A stretch of 64,000 nucleotides of DNA, taken from IMG/VR virus record IMGVR_UViG_3300031992_000037, one strand, 5' to 3'. A model generated the notes under the pieces. It saw only the letters and a list, made by a program, of their open reading frames with translations. It made no database searches and was not told the DNA's origin. The DNA is from an uncultured virus (IMG/VR IMGVR_UViG_3300031992_000037). Its lineage: Duplodnaviria > Heunggongvirae > Uroviricota > Caudoviricetes. Each line of letters opens with the position of its first letter. The stretch's first letter is position 1. Shown here one piece after another: positions 40,565-51,300 of the stretch. The position numbers and the translations under genes are program-made.

Positions 40565-41974
40565 TTAATTTTGCATCAAAATGCAAGAACGATAAGGGTT
40601 GTAGACTGCTACGCCCCAATATCCGCTCATAATAAACGATCCGCCAGCTACTTTGGTAGCAACTTCACCACCACGTAAACCAACGCCTGTTACGGTATCC
40701 TCTACTAATTGTTTACCCTCTAAAGTAAACATTTCGATAGCAGGACGACCACTAGCTTTATCACCAGTAAGATCAATCAAAATACCATAACCTTTATCTT
40801 CGCCATATTCGAGACTCAATGCACGATCAACATGGATAATCAAAGTATTGCCACCAAACGTGTAAGCGTCGTAAGTAGCACCTGCTTTAATATTACCATT
40901 GGTCTGCTTTGACCAAAGATATGCACCGTCTGTCTTATTATCTGCTAAATATTGGCCAAGAACATTTTGTAAATCCATCCAAAGAATGTCATTAACGACA
41001 AGTTGGAAGGTATTACCAGTTGTATTCTTGCATTTTCTTGCCAAAGTTGTCAACATTGTGTTGAACAACGATAAATCTAAAGTTGTGTAATTGAACTTGG
41101 AAGCAAAGCGATTTATTTGAGGAATGATTCCGTCGCCAGCTATGATCGGTCTACCCATTCTGTCAGTCAACGTTGAGCGGCCTTTCTCATCCATGGTACC
41201 ATGTTGCCACAGCATACCTTGGTTACGAGTAGCCATGAAGGTGTCCAAAAGAACTTTCTTTCTTTCTGGCCATTCAAAAATCTTGCTTTGCCATTTACCC
41301 ATTTCAGTACCCCTAGAGATCTTTATGTACATTTTCTCAAGAGCTTCGTATCTCGATGAGAAATCAATGTCACAACGTATCTCTGTGATGTATTGCTGCA
41401 TAGACTCGGCATTACTTTGGAATTTAACGAAACCAGTGTCATGCAACTCTGGTTTTGCACTACCGATCCAACGAGCCTTCATACCTTTCTTGCAAACAGA
41501 AGTATCGAGAACTGCTTCACGATCACCACTCATAAGGCGAACTTGATACTCCCAATAATCGTCTGCACGACGTGTCGGAGCTTCTACAACCCAACACATT
41601 TGTTTTGAACCATCGATCATGAAAGTTTCCTCAGCCTCAAACTCACGTTTTGTAAAGGCCATGGTAATTTCAGAACCGTTCAAACCATTTTGTACTACAT
41701 CATCTGCAAAATATGCGTACTGAATCTTATTTTGTTCAATATCCCAACTAAATGATAGTGAATCTATTTTCTGGTATTTATCACTCTTCTCTTTGAGTTG
41801 ATAAACATTTCCAACAGCCTCTGTTAAATATGAAGCTGTAAATTGCTCATAAGGTTCCATACGTGACACTACACCCAAACGTTCTGGTCGATTGCCTAAG
41901 AATTTAGAAAAATCTTCGTCAGTTCTGTTATGTGCCCTTTCTGGTTTCTGAGTCATGAACTAAGCTATAACCAT
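40565..41974 (-). CDS. Major capsid protein (469 aa)
   Basis: ATG 41974 gives MVIAQFMTQK with one TAG at codon 5. Size, crAss-like motifs (GRPIIAGDGIIPQI, GYWGVAVYNPYRS), higher GC, position after an acidic scaffold-like gene and a following terminator all fit. Confidence 0.85.
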
Positions 41975-41982
41975 AAATAAAA

Positions 41983-42975
41983 TTAATTAAAAATATCATC
42001 CAAATTAAACGGATCATTATCCGTCTACAATGGTTTCTATTTTTGAACTACTTTAGTTGGAGCAGAGGATCCCCTTCTAGCTTTGGCTATTTCATTCTTA
42101 AAATAGTCCACCGTAGAATTAAAAGTGTCCTCTCCATACAAGGCAAACCATGCTAATTTAAATAGCGTCTTTGGATCTTGCAGTGCTTTGGCAAAACCAC
42201 TCTAGCCTTGTGGATTATCTTCCAAAATGAAATCAAGGATTGCGTTTTTATCAGCATCTTCCAATACTACACCCTGAATTTCATTAACATCTTCTGCGGC
42301 ATTTATCATATTATCTACAAATACTTTCTAGGCTTGTTGACGCTGCTCTTGGGCAGAATCTTCCTAAGCCTTAATCATCTGTTCCTCTTGCTTTTTATAT
42401 TGATCTCTTAATAATTGAACTTTTTTATTAAATCCATCGGGATCCTGTTTAGCTAACTCTATCTCTTTATCAATTTCCTCATCTGAAATATCCTCTCCAA
42501 ATCGGCTGATTATATCAAAGGCATATACCTGATCATCTGATAAGGAGTCAATATCAGTCTTATAACTTTGATTTTGAGCCAGATACTCTTTAACAGCCTC
42601 ATCTCTCTGCCAGTTAGCAAAATCCTGGATAGACATATTGTTTTGACGAAGATAATTAAGGGTCTTAATCTCTTCATCAGTGATAGGTAGGGGCTAATCT
42701 TTTAAAATGTTATATTTATCATCATCCGATAAATCATCAAAAGAATACTCTTCAGTTTCCCCAACTTCATTGCTGAATTTAATTTTATTTTTATCTATAC
42801 CTCTATCTTGCAAAAGACGAGTTAAATAATCCTAACCCTAATCTTGATCTTGATCGTTAGGAGTGTCATTTGGCTATTCAGGATCCTATTGAGCCTGAGT
42901 TTCTTGCGGATCCTACCCTTCTAGAGGATCCCCAAAGAGCATGTCATCGAATTCTTGATTAAAATTGTCTTCCAT
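41983..42975 (-). CDS. Acidic scaffold-like protein (330 aa)
   Basis: ATG 42975, TAA 41983; D/E/Q-rich N-terminus, helical body, directly upstream of the capsid gene. Confidence 0.7.
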
Positions 42976-42996
42976 ATTAATTCATTTTTACATTTA

Positions 42997-43008
42997 CATA
43001 CAAAAATA
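42997..43008 (-). promoter_or_regulatory. Bacteroidota-type -7 promoter element (TATTTTTGTATG) upstream of the capsid operon
   Basis: TAnnTTTG match about 21 nt before the scaffold start codon. Confidence 0.65.
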
Positions 43009-43061
43009 ATATTTTTTTTAATTGTATAAAAACAATTTAGGATTTAAATACATTAATCTAA

Positions 43062-43367
43062 TTACAGCTATTTGATTTCCTCTTTAGCTATATCAAGATC
43101 AAGTTTAGTCCAAGTTAATTCTTTTAATCCCACCTATTTCCTCCCTTTTGGAATTACTCCTAAGGATACCCAAGCATCGAATGTAGATCTCCCCATATTC
43201 ATATATTTACACGCCTCAATCTTACTTAAAATAGCTGTTTGGTCATTCTATGATAAAATTTCTAAAGATTGGATTAACTAATCCTAAGTAAGTTTAGAAT
43301 GTCCGGCATCTATTTTATCTGCTGTTTGGCGTAAATAATCCGAAAGGGTCTTTAATAAAAAATCCAT
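43062..43367 (-). CDS. Small helix-turn-helix (excisionase/MerR-like) DNA-binding protein (101 aa)
   Basis: Code-15 translation LSKIEACKYMNMGRSTFDAWVSLGVIPKGRK; not in the ORF track. Confidence 0.65.
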
Positions 43368-43662
43368 ATAACAATAAAAATGTATTAATTAATAAAAATA
43401 ATATAATGAGATAATAACTCCAAACTGGTATTAATAACAATTCAATAATAACAGTATAGACTAATAATCTATGATAGAAACAGAAATTAAGGGCGTCAGA
43501 AGCTAGGATCATTACTAATAACCCCATTATAGGTGGAGTCATTAGGATTATTTTCGGAAGCAATAATAGTAATAGTAGTTCTAGGCTGATCTAAATCAAG
43601 ATAATAGCTGGAAGAAATTTGAGTGCCCTTAGGAACCACTTCCTTATTTCTAGAATATTCAT
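43315..43662 (-). CDS. Small multi-pass membrane protein (115 aa)
   Basis: ORF 43315-43563 extends through one TAG to ATG 43662; 3-4 hydrophobic segments. Confidence 0.6.
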
Positions 43663-43919
43663 TTAATTTTTCTTTAATAAATTTAACTAACTGACGTATA
43701 TTATACCATCTATCCGGGTATTCAACTATATGCTGATTCCCCTAAGGATCTATTATCTTAGTTCTTATATATCCATCTTGTGTTCCCATAAATTACTTTG
43801 GTAAATTATCAAATAATTCTTGTATAGTATTTTTCAAGTTATCTATCTCCAGATATTAGTCTAAACAGTTTGTTAGACTCTTCTGCTGCAAAATTGACTG
43901 TTTGAATCCTGCCTTTGGC

Positions 43920-44459
43920 TTAGACAGATTCACTGCCTTCAAGAGCAGCAATGCGGCTTTCTAAATTATGTATAGAACTCCAGAGCCCAGAGTCGTCGTA
44001 ACTGCCTGGCCCACCACCGCTTTGTTCTAGATTCTGTATGCGACTCTCATGGTCGCTAACAGATGATTCCAAGCTACTTATTTGGTCACTTAGAACAGAA
44101 CTATCAGGTAAAAATTGCCAGGAATCCTCCTACCAAGTATATTTTCTATATCTTAGAAAAATACCATAAGTAGCCGCAAATACACTTATAACTAATATAG
44201 CATTATCATTCTCTCTATAGACTGTTAAAGTTGCAGGAAATTTTGCATCAGGAGTAAATACAAATTGGCCAGATTCAAAATTATCTTTTGGTGTAAGTAT
44301 TACATTATAAATACCTGCGGGTAAATTTTCAAATGGAGTACCTGAATCTGTCCGCTCAATATTTAACTCCTCAAGATTATTCATATCAATCTTAGCTAAA
44401 ATAGTTTTATTTATAGCCTAACCTGCCTAATGTTGATTAATTGAGTAAATTTTGTTCAT
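43920..44459 (-). CDS. Fibre-like protein with C-terminal coiled coil (179 aa)
   Basis: ATG 44459, TAA 43920; heptad segments DHESRIQNLE and YDDSGLWSSIHNLESRIAALE. Confidence 0.55.
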
Positions 44460-44508
44460 AATCCACAAGTTTTTCTATTTCTTTTTTATCTTATTATAAA
44501 TTTAAATA

Positions 44509-45360
44509 TTATTCATAACTTTCTACTCCCGGTATAAATCCAGTACATTTATCATATTCAAAAGCACAATATTCGTAATCACCACATTTATTACAATCTG
44601 GCCTCTTTTTCTCCAAATTAATATCCATACAAGCTTTCATTAATTTAGCTTTATCTGACTGATTGACTAATGCCGGAATATCTTTATTTAAACAATGAGA
44701 ATCATAATATGGTTTTTCAGGATCTACATAAGTATGTGAATCTCCCATACGCTAATCCATAATAAATATTTCCCTCAATTCAGGATAATTAATTCCAAAT
44801 TCTTTAGCAATATCTGCAAACTCACAACAGAAAGTTACTTTTAATCCTAAGAAACAATTCTCCATATATTTTGCTAATTCCGCAGTTTTATAATCTGTAT
44901 ATTTAATCCTAAATGTCCCATCTTTAATTTTGGCATACATATTAGCAAGAATATTTAAATCATTTTTATCTCCGGCTAATATCACAAAGTTAGGATGTGC
45001 AGGAGCATGTACTGTAGTTCCATAATATTCTGGAGAAAATACTAAATGAGAGTTATATTTCTCTTTAAAGTATTCAGATGCCCCTATTGGAATTGTAGAT
45101 TTAATAACAATAATATTAGCCTTAGTAGCTTTTATTGCTTCTTCTACAACATTTATTTGTACACAACCATTTTCATCATTATCTGTAGGAACACATATAA
45201 ACGCAATATCATATGTTATATCTTTTTTATTAGATACTTCTGGTTTAAAAGGATCAGAAATATCTATTGTAAATCCTTTTTTAAGTAAAGGTTTTAAATC
45301 ATCATAAACATGAGTACCTATATTTCCATACCCAACAATTAATAAATTCATTGTAGTCAT
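44509..45360 (-). CDS. UDP-glucose/GDP-mannose dehydrogenase family protein, short form (283 aa)
   Basis: Rossmann IVGYGNIG, FICVPT, IKSTIPIG, FSPEY, AELAKYMENCFL; TAG at 44752 joins D-Q-R-MGDSH to the catalytic-like SHCLNKD. Confidence 0.85.
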
Positions 45361-45375
45361 AATTATATATATTTA

Positions 45376-47643
45376 TTATATGTTAATTCCTTGAATATTT
45401 GTAAATCGTGACCAATAATTTGCGTTTGCATAATCACTTTCAGATCCAACTGGAACATACAATGGTGTTGATCTTGGTACATTATACCAAGTTTTTGATC
45501 GTATTGTTGGTGGGGTCATTGCTTCACATGTTATGGAGGTCAAACCTGCGCAACCGTAGAAAGCATTCTCCTCAATATTTGTCACATTATTACCAATCGT
45601 TACAGACTTCAAACCTTTGCAACCTTCGAAAGCGTGCTCTCCGATACTTGTAACGCTATCAGGGATAGTTATAGACGTCAAACCGATGCAATCTCGGAAA
45701 GCCCAATTTCCGATACTTATTACACCGTTACCAATCGTAACCGAAGTCAAACCTTTGCAACCGTTGAAGGCCGACAGTCCAATACTTGTGACACTATCTG
45801 GAATCGTTACGGTGGTCAAACCTTTGCAACCGGCGAAAACGCACCGTTCAATACTTGTAATGCTATTTGGGATCGTTATAGATGTCAACCCAGCGTCATC
45901 GAAAGCATACTCTCCAATATTTGTTACACTATCCGGAATTGTTATGGAGGTCAAACCTACGCAATCCTCGAAAGCATGATTTCCAATACTCGTTACACCG
46001 TCAGGAATTACGGTGCTTTGACAACCTGCTATTAATTTATTAGAACTAGTTTCTATAATTGCGTTACAATTATCTCGGCTATCATATATTGTATTTTCAC
46101 TATTCACAATAATAGATGTCAAACCAGTACAGCTCAGGAAAGCATCTTCTCCAATACTGTTTACACTATTGCCAATTGTTACTGACATCAGACCACTACA
46201 ATAAGAGAAGGTATTTTTTCCAATGCTTGTGACGCCGTCGGGGATGACTATGGACGCCAAACTACTGCAACCATAGAAAGCATAAATTCCAATGCTTGTG
46301 ACGCTATCGGAAAGGTTTATAGAAGTCAAAGCTTTGCAGTCCTAGAAAGCCCCGCTTCCAATGCTTGTGACGGCATCGGGAATGGTTATAGAGGTCAAAG
46401 CTTTGCAGCCCTCGAAAGCATCACTTCCAATGCTTGTAACGCCATTGCCAAGCGTTACAGAGGTCAAACTGGTGCACTCATAGAAAGCATTGCTTCCAAT
46501 GCTTGTGACGGCATCGGGAATGGTTATAGAAGTCAAACTGCTACAATTGCGGAAAGTTTCCTCTTTTATGCTTGTGAGGGCATTGGAGAGGGTTATGGAA
46601 GCCAGACTGCTGCAACCGTTGAAAGCATTAATTCCAATGCTTGTGGCGCCATCGGGAATGATTATAGAGGTCAATCCGGTGCAACCATAGAAAGCACTTT
46701 CTCCAATACTTGTTACACTATTTGGAATTGTGACTGATGTCAGACTGCTACAACTAATGAAAGCATACTCTCCAATACTCGTTACACTATTGCCAATTGT
46801 TGCTGAGGCCAGACGGCTGCAATTAGAGAAAGCCCCATATCCAATACTCGTTACACTATTGGGAATTGTTACTGAAGTCAGATTGAAACACCCAGAGAAA
46901 GCACTATTTCCAATACTTGTTACTCTATTGCCAATTGTGACTGATGTCAGACTGCTGCAACCAGAGAAAGCATACTCTCCAATACTTTTAACGCTGTTGG
47001 GAATAGTGACAGAGGTTAAATCGCATATTGCGAAAGCAGAAGCTCCAATGCTTTTAACGCTATTTGGAATTTCTATTGAGGTCAAACCGCTACAACCATT
47101 GAAAGCCTGATCTCCAATACTGGTGACACTATTAGGAATCTCAATGGAGGTCAGACGGTAACGCATATAGAAAGCTCTATATCCGATGTTTGTAACATCT
47201 TCTTTGAATTTGATTACACCTTTTCCAGTATCCGAATCAAATTCATTAGTATCAATTTCTGGTAATGAACTTGTTTGAGATGGCTAAATTTTACTCGTTG
47301 CTGTATATCTAATTATATCACCTCTTTCTTTAATAACAGCAGCACCATTCTCTACAACTATTTTACAATCCTCCTAATTGCACTCTAATAACTGCTGACT
47401 CTCTTTAATATAGCAACTAAATGGAACGGATTCAATGATATATTTATCCGCATCATTTAATGTTTCAAAAATAACATCAACTTTATTAATAATTTCCGCT
47501 TGATTATTATTTATAATAACCATTTTATTAGCAATAGAACAGTATAATACCTAATCAGTTTCTTCAACGTATCCTACCCAAGGTATATCTTCTATTACAT
47601 AACCATTTGCTTCTGCAAGTGTTTTAAAATAACTTAAATTCAT
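45376..47643 (-). CDS. BspA-type (LRR_5) leucine-rich-repeat protein (755 aa), probable receptor-binding/fibre protein
   Basis: ATG 47643, TAA 45376; about 20 repeats of LTSITIPxSVTSIGxxAFxxC; the two ORF-track halves are joined by TAG at 46342. Confidence 0.9.
45530..47200 (-). repeat. ~69-bp coding tandem repeats (LRR units)
   Basis: Near-identical DNA blocks, e.g. ccaatgcttgtgacggcatcgggaatggttataga at ~46358 and ~46496. Confidence 0.85.
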
Positions 47644-47644
47644 A

Positions 47645-48358
47645 TTAATATACTAAAATTACATCATTTCTTTTCTTATACATTATCTATCCAAATGTCT
47701 AAAATATAGTACATTCTGTATCTAATTTTACAAGATTATAAGCAGATGTATAATTGCAATAATTCTTATAAATGTTTCTAACAATAAATTGTTCACTATT
47801 CCATTTATTCATAGGTTGTGTTTTATAAAACTCATTAACCTTCTCATAAAATTCAATTAATGCTTCTTTATAACCAATACAACATCCTGCATTTAAATAT
47901 CTGAATTTAGATGAGTGCTACCTAACAGGAGTATCTCCAAAATATCCGGGATAATTATTCTTAGAAGCATTGAATACTATACCAGCATTAAAAGATTTAA
48001 ATTTCTCAATAAGACTATCCCAATTATCAATTACTACATCATATCCATCCAATATAAGAATATATTTAGTTTCTATTTCTTTCAATGCTTTTAATATACA
48101 TTCTATTTTATAAGGATTAGACCACTTTTCTTCTCTAGGAATATAACAATTTATAATTGGTATATTATTTTCTTTTAATTGCTAATATAATACGCATTTA
48201 TTATCATCTGTCCAAATTGATAATATTGTAAGATCGTCTGGAGCCTAAGATAACTTATGACTCCAGATGTCCTACATAAAATCATTAAATACTATAGAAG
48301 TACTTCCTTGAAAATGCGCTATATTAAACTTTTTATGGCTGCGATTGAGAAATTGCAT
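47645..48358 (-). CDS. Glycosyltransferase resembling the PLOD/procollagen lysyl-hydroxylase GT domain (237 aa)
   Basis: Code-15 translation YILILDGYDVVI...LIEKFKSFNAGIVFNASKNNYP...FRYLNAGCCIGY...NSEQFI...KLDTECTIFQ follows the PLOD GT motif order. Not in the ORF track. Confidence 0.7.
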
Positions 48359-51300
48359 TTATTCTATCATTTAAGTCATTTAAAGCTGCGGCAATTACAA
48401 TAGCTGTTTCTGGTGTTAATCCTGATTCTTGAGAACCTAATTGTAATAATAACTATTGTAAAGATTTACCAGATTGTGGATTAGAACCATCATAATCACC
48501 AACTCCTTTTATAAATATACTACCATCTGTTGTAATTTCAAGAGCATTTCTATGATCTCCATCAGATTCACCAACACCGACAGAATGAATTGTTTTTAGT
48601 TTAGATGATACTGGACGGATTGAGCAACCGAACCTCTTATCAGTAACTATATTATCGGCGTATACCTCATCAAATTTTCCATATAATATATCAGCATTCG
48701 CACCATTACAAGAAGAAGTAAAATAATATAAATATCCTTCCAAATCTTCAAGTGCTTGTCCATTTATCAATCCTGCTGCAGGCAAGAAAATATATAAATC
48801 AGAATCAGACTTATTTATAAATTTCCACCCATTTACTCCATTAACAGATGTCCATTCATTGTCTGTATGTTCAATTAACTCCTCAAAATCCTTTTTACTT
48901 GGAATTCTCCAGTTTTCTCCAAGAGTTTTCGCTGCAATATCATCTTCTAATACTAATCTTGTTAATTCGTCTGGGTCTGGTGTAGAACCTCCCCACTAAT
49001 CAGAATCTGTACAATATTTTGTTAATGTACTATTTGTTCCATTACACCATTTATAAGTACTCCAATCATAGGTTCCCTTAGTCTCTGTTTCGCCCCACGC
49101 ATAGTAATCACCATAATCTTCTGGATTTTGAGCGCCAATATTACAAGTTGCCCATAAATTGCCAGAAGGCAAATCAAGATCTACATACTCGACAGAAGTG
49201 TTTATATGTACATCGTTGGATTTATTACATCTACCTTCAGCATGTTCTGCTTTATGAGTAGCTTTTGTATACCATCCTTCTGCGTGGGAATATTTTTCTT
49301 TTGCTTGTGTGTTAAAACCTTCTGAATGTGCACCACGATTTAATGCTCTAGTGTGCTCTCCTTCAGCATGTGCATATGTTCCTTCAGTATATGTTTCTCC
49401 ACCTTCTGCATGTGCACCATATCCATAGTATTCTAAACGTTGAACTTGGTATTCTCTATTTGGATATGCGTTTATATATTGTTGTAGATTATCATAATTA
49501 AAAACTTCTGGATAATCACCACTACTTCTATTTTCATGTCCTCCAGAATCACCCCAGTAGTCTATATTATACCTAGGAGAAATTTCCAGGTATGGATAGT
49601 TCTCTGAGTAAACTATAAAATTATGAAATCTAACTCCTTTCTAATGGGGGGCCCAAAAAAGCTATACACTAGAAAGTTTTCTTTCATCAAATGAATGAAT
49701 TAAAGAATTATAATCCCCGCTAATTAACTATAGTGTTACATGATTATTTGAAGAATTATAAGAACTTAATTTTACAACAGCATTTCTATCAGTATATACT
49801 TCTTTGCTCTAAATAAACGTTTTCCATCCTTCTGCATGAGAATATTTCGAATCAGTTTGTGTCTCATATCCTTCTGTATGAGAACCTTCAGAATGATCAT
49901 TTACAAAAGTATTTATACCTTCGGCATGAGCACCAATACTTAAAGATTTAGAATCAACACCTTCGGCATGAGCGGCGTCTCCATCTGCTCTAGTGTTTAT
50001 ACCTTCTGAGTGTGATGCAGTTTGAGCTGCAGCTGTATCTTTACCTTCAGCGTGTGCTGCTACCTACCATTCTTCAGAATGGTCAGAAGAACTTACATCT
50101 TCAAAATTACCTTCTGTAGAAGTATTATATCCTTCAGCATGAGAATATGCCCCACGCGCATTACAGCGAGTTCCCTCAGCATGAGATCCTATTCCAGAAG
50201 CTTGTGAATCTTCTCCTTCTGCGTGTGACCAATCTCCTTGTGCAGAACTTGATTTTCCTTCTCCGTGAGCAAAATTTCCAGATGCTTTTGTATCGATGCC
50301 TTCTGTGTGTGAATATTCACCTTCGACTTGAGTTTGCTTACCTTCAGCATGTGAACCAAATGTATAAGCAGCAGTGCCATAACCTTCCGCATGTGAGTTA
50401 CCACCAAACGCTCTTGTCTTAAATCCTTCAGAGTGTGCATTTGTGCCAGTTGCTTGTGTTCTTTCTCCTTCTGCATGCGAATGTAAACCAGAAGCATCTG
50501 ATAAGTATCCTTCAGCGTGAGAATCTTTGCCAGTAGCGCTAGTTTTGATATAGATAGCCTCGTTGATAGGCAGTGTTACTTCTCTATCAATTGTTATTTC
50601 TTCTCCATATTGATCTATTAAGGTAACAATGCCAATTATACTTCCATCAGCTTTATATAAAGGTCTGCCGATCCAGCCATTTACTTTATTTTCTTTTTCA
50701 ACATCGTACACATTTGGAACATCGGCAGAATCACTTAGTGACATGTCAAAATCACTAAAAAAGTCAGATCCCGCTAAAAAATTTTTAGCCGAATCAGATG
50801 CGCCGAAATCAGAATCAATTGATGATTGATGATATATTCTAATGATGTTAGAGTTGTCTACTGAGTTAAAAGTTCTAAACAATGTTATATGTCCACCTTC
50901 GCCTTCTGCATGAGATGCTGTACCAAATGATGTTGTATATTGTCCTTCTGCATGCGAGGAATTTCCAGTTGCACTAGTAAATTCCCCTTCTGAATGAGAG
51001 TAATCACCATCTGCTTCTGTATCTTTACCCTCTGCATGAGAGGCCTCCCCGTTTGTAACCGTGAACTAACCTCCTGCATGTGAATAGTTACCTGATGCTG
51101 TTGTACCGTAACCTTCTGCGTGTGAACCTTCACCAGATGCTGTTGTACTGTTACCTTCTGCATGAGAACAGTATTCAGAAGCTGTTGTATCGTTACCTTC
51201 TGCGTGCGAACCTTCACCAGATGCTGTTGTACCGGTACCCTCTGCGTGTGAATAGTCATCTGATGCTGTTGTAGATTCACCTTCTGCATGAGAACAGTAT

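Noticed and set aside
43496..43789. Possible ORF starting MGTQDGYIRTKIIDP
   Set aside because: More than half overlaps the membrane gene in another frame and it has no recognisable motif. It may be real, but I cannot support it.
43790..43922. Coding-like sequence after the TAA at 43920 (AKGRIQTVNF..., and LEIDNLKNTIQELF in another frame)
   Set aside because: Could be a decayed extension of 43920-44459, but it is too short and needs both readthrough and a frameshift.
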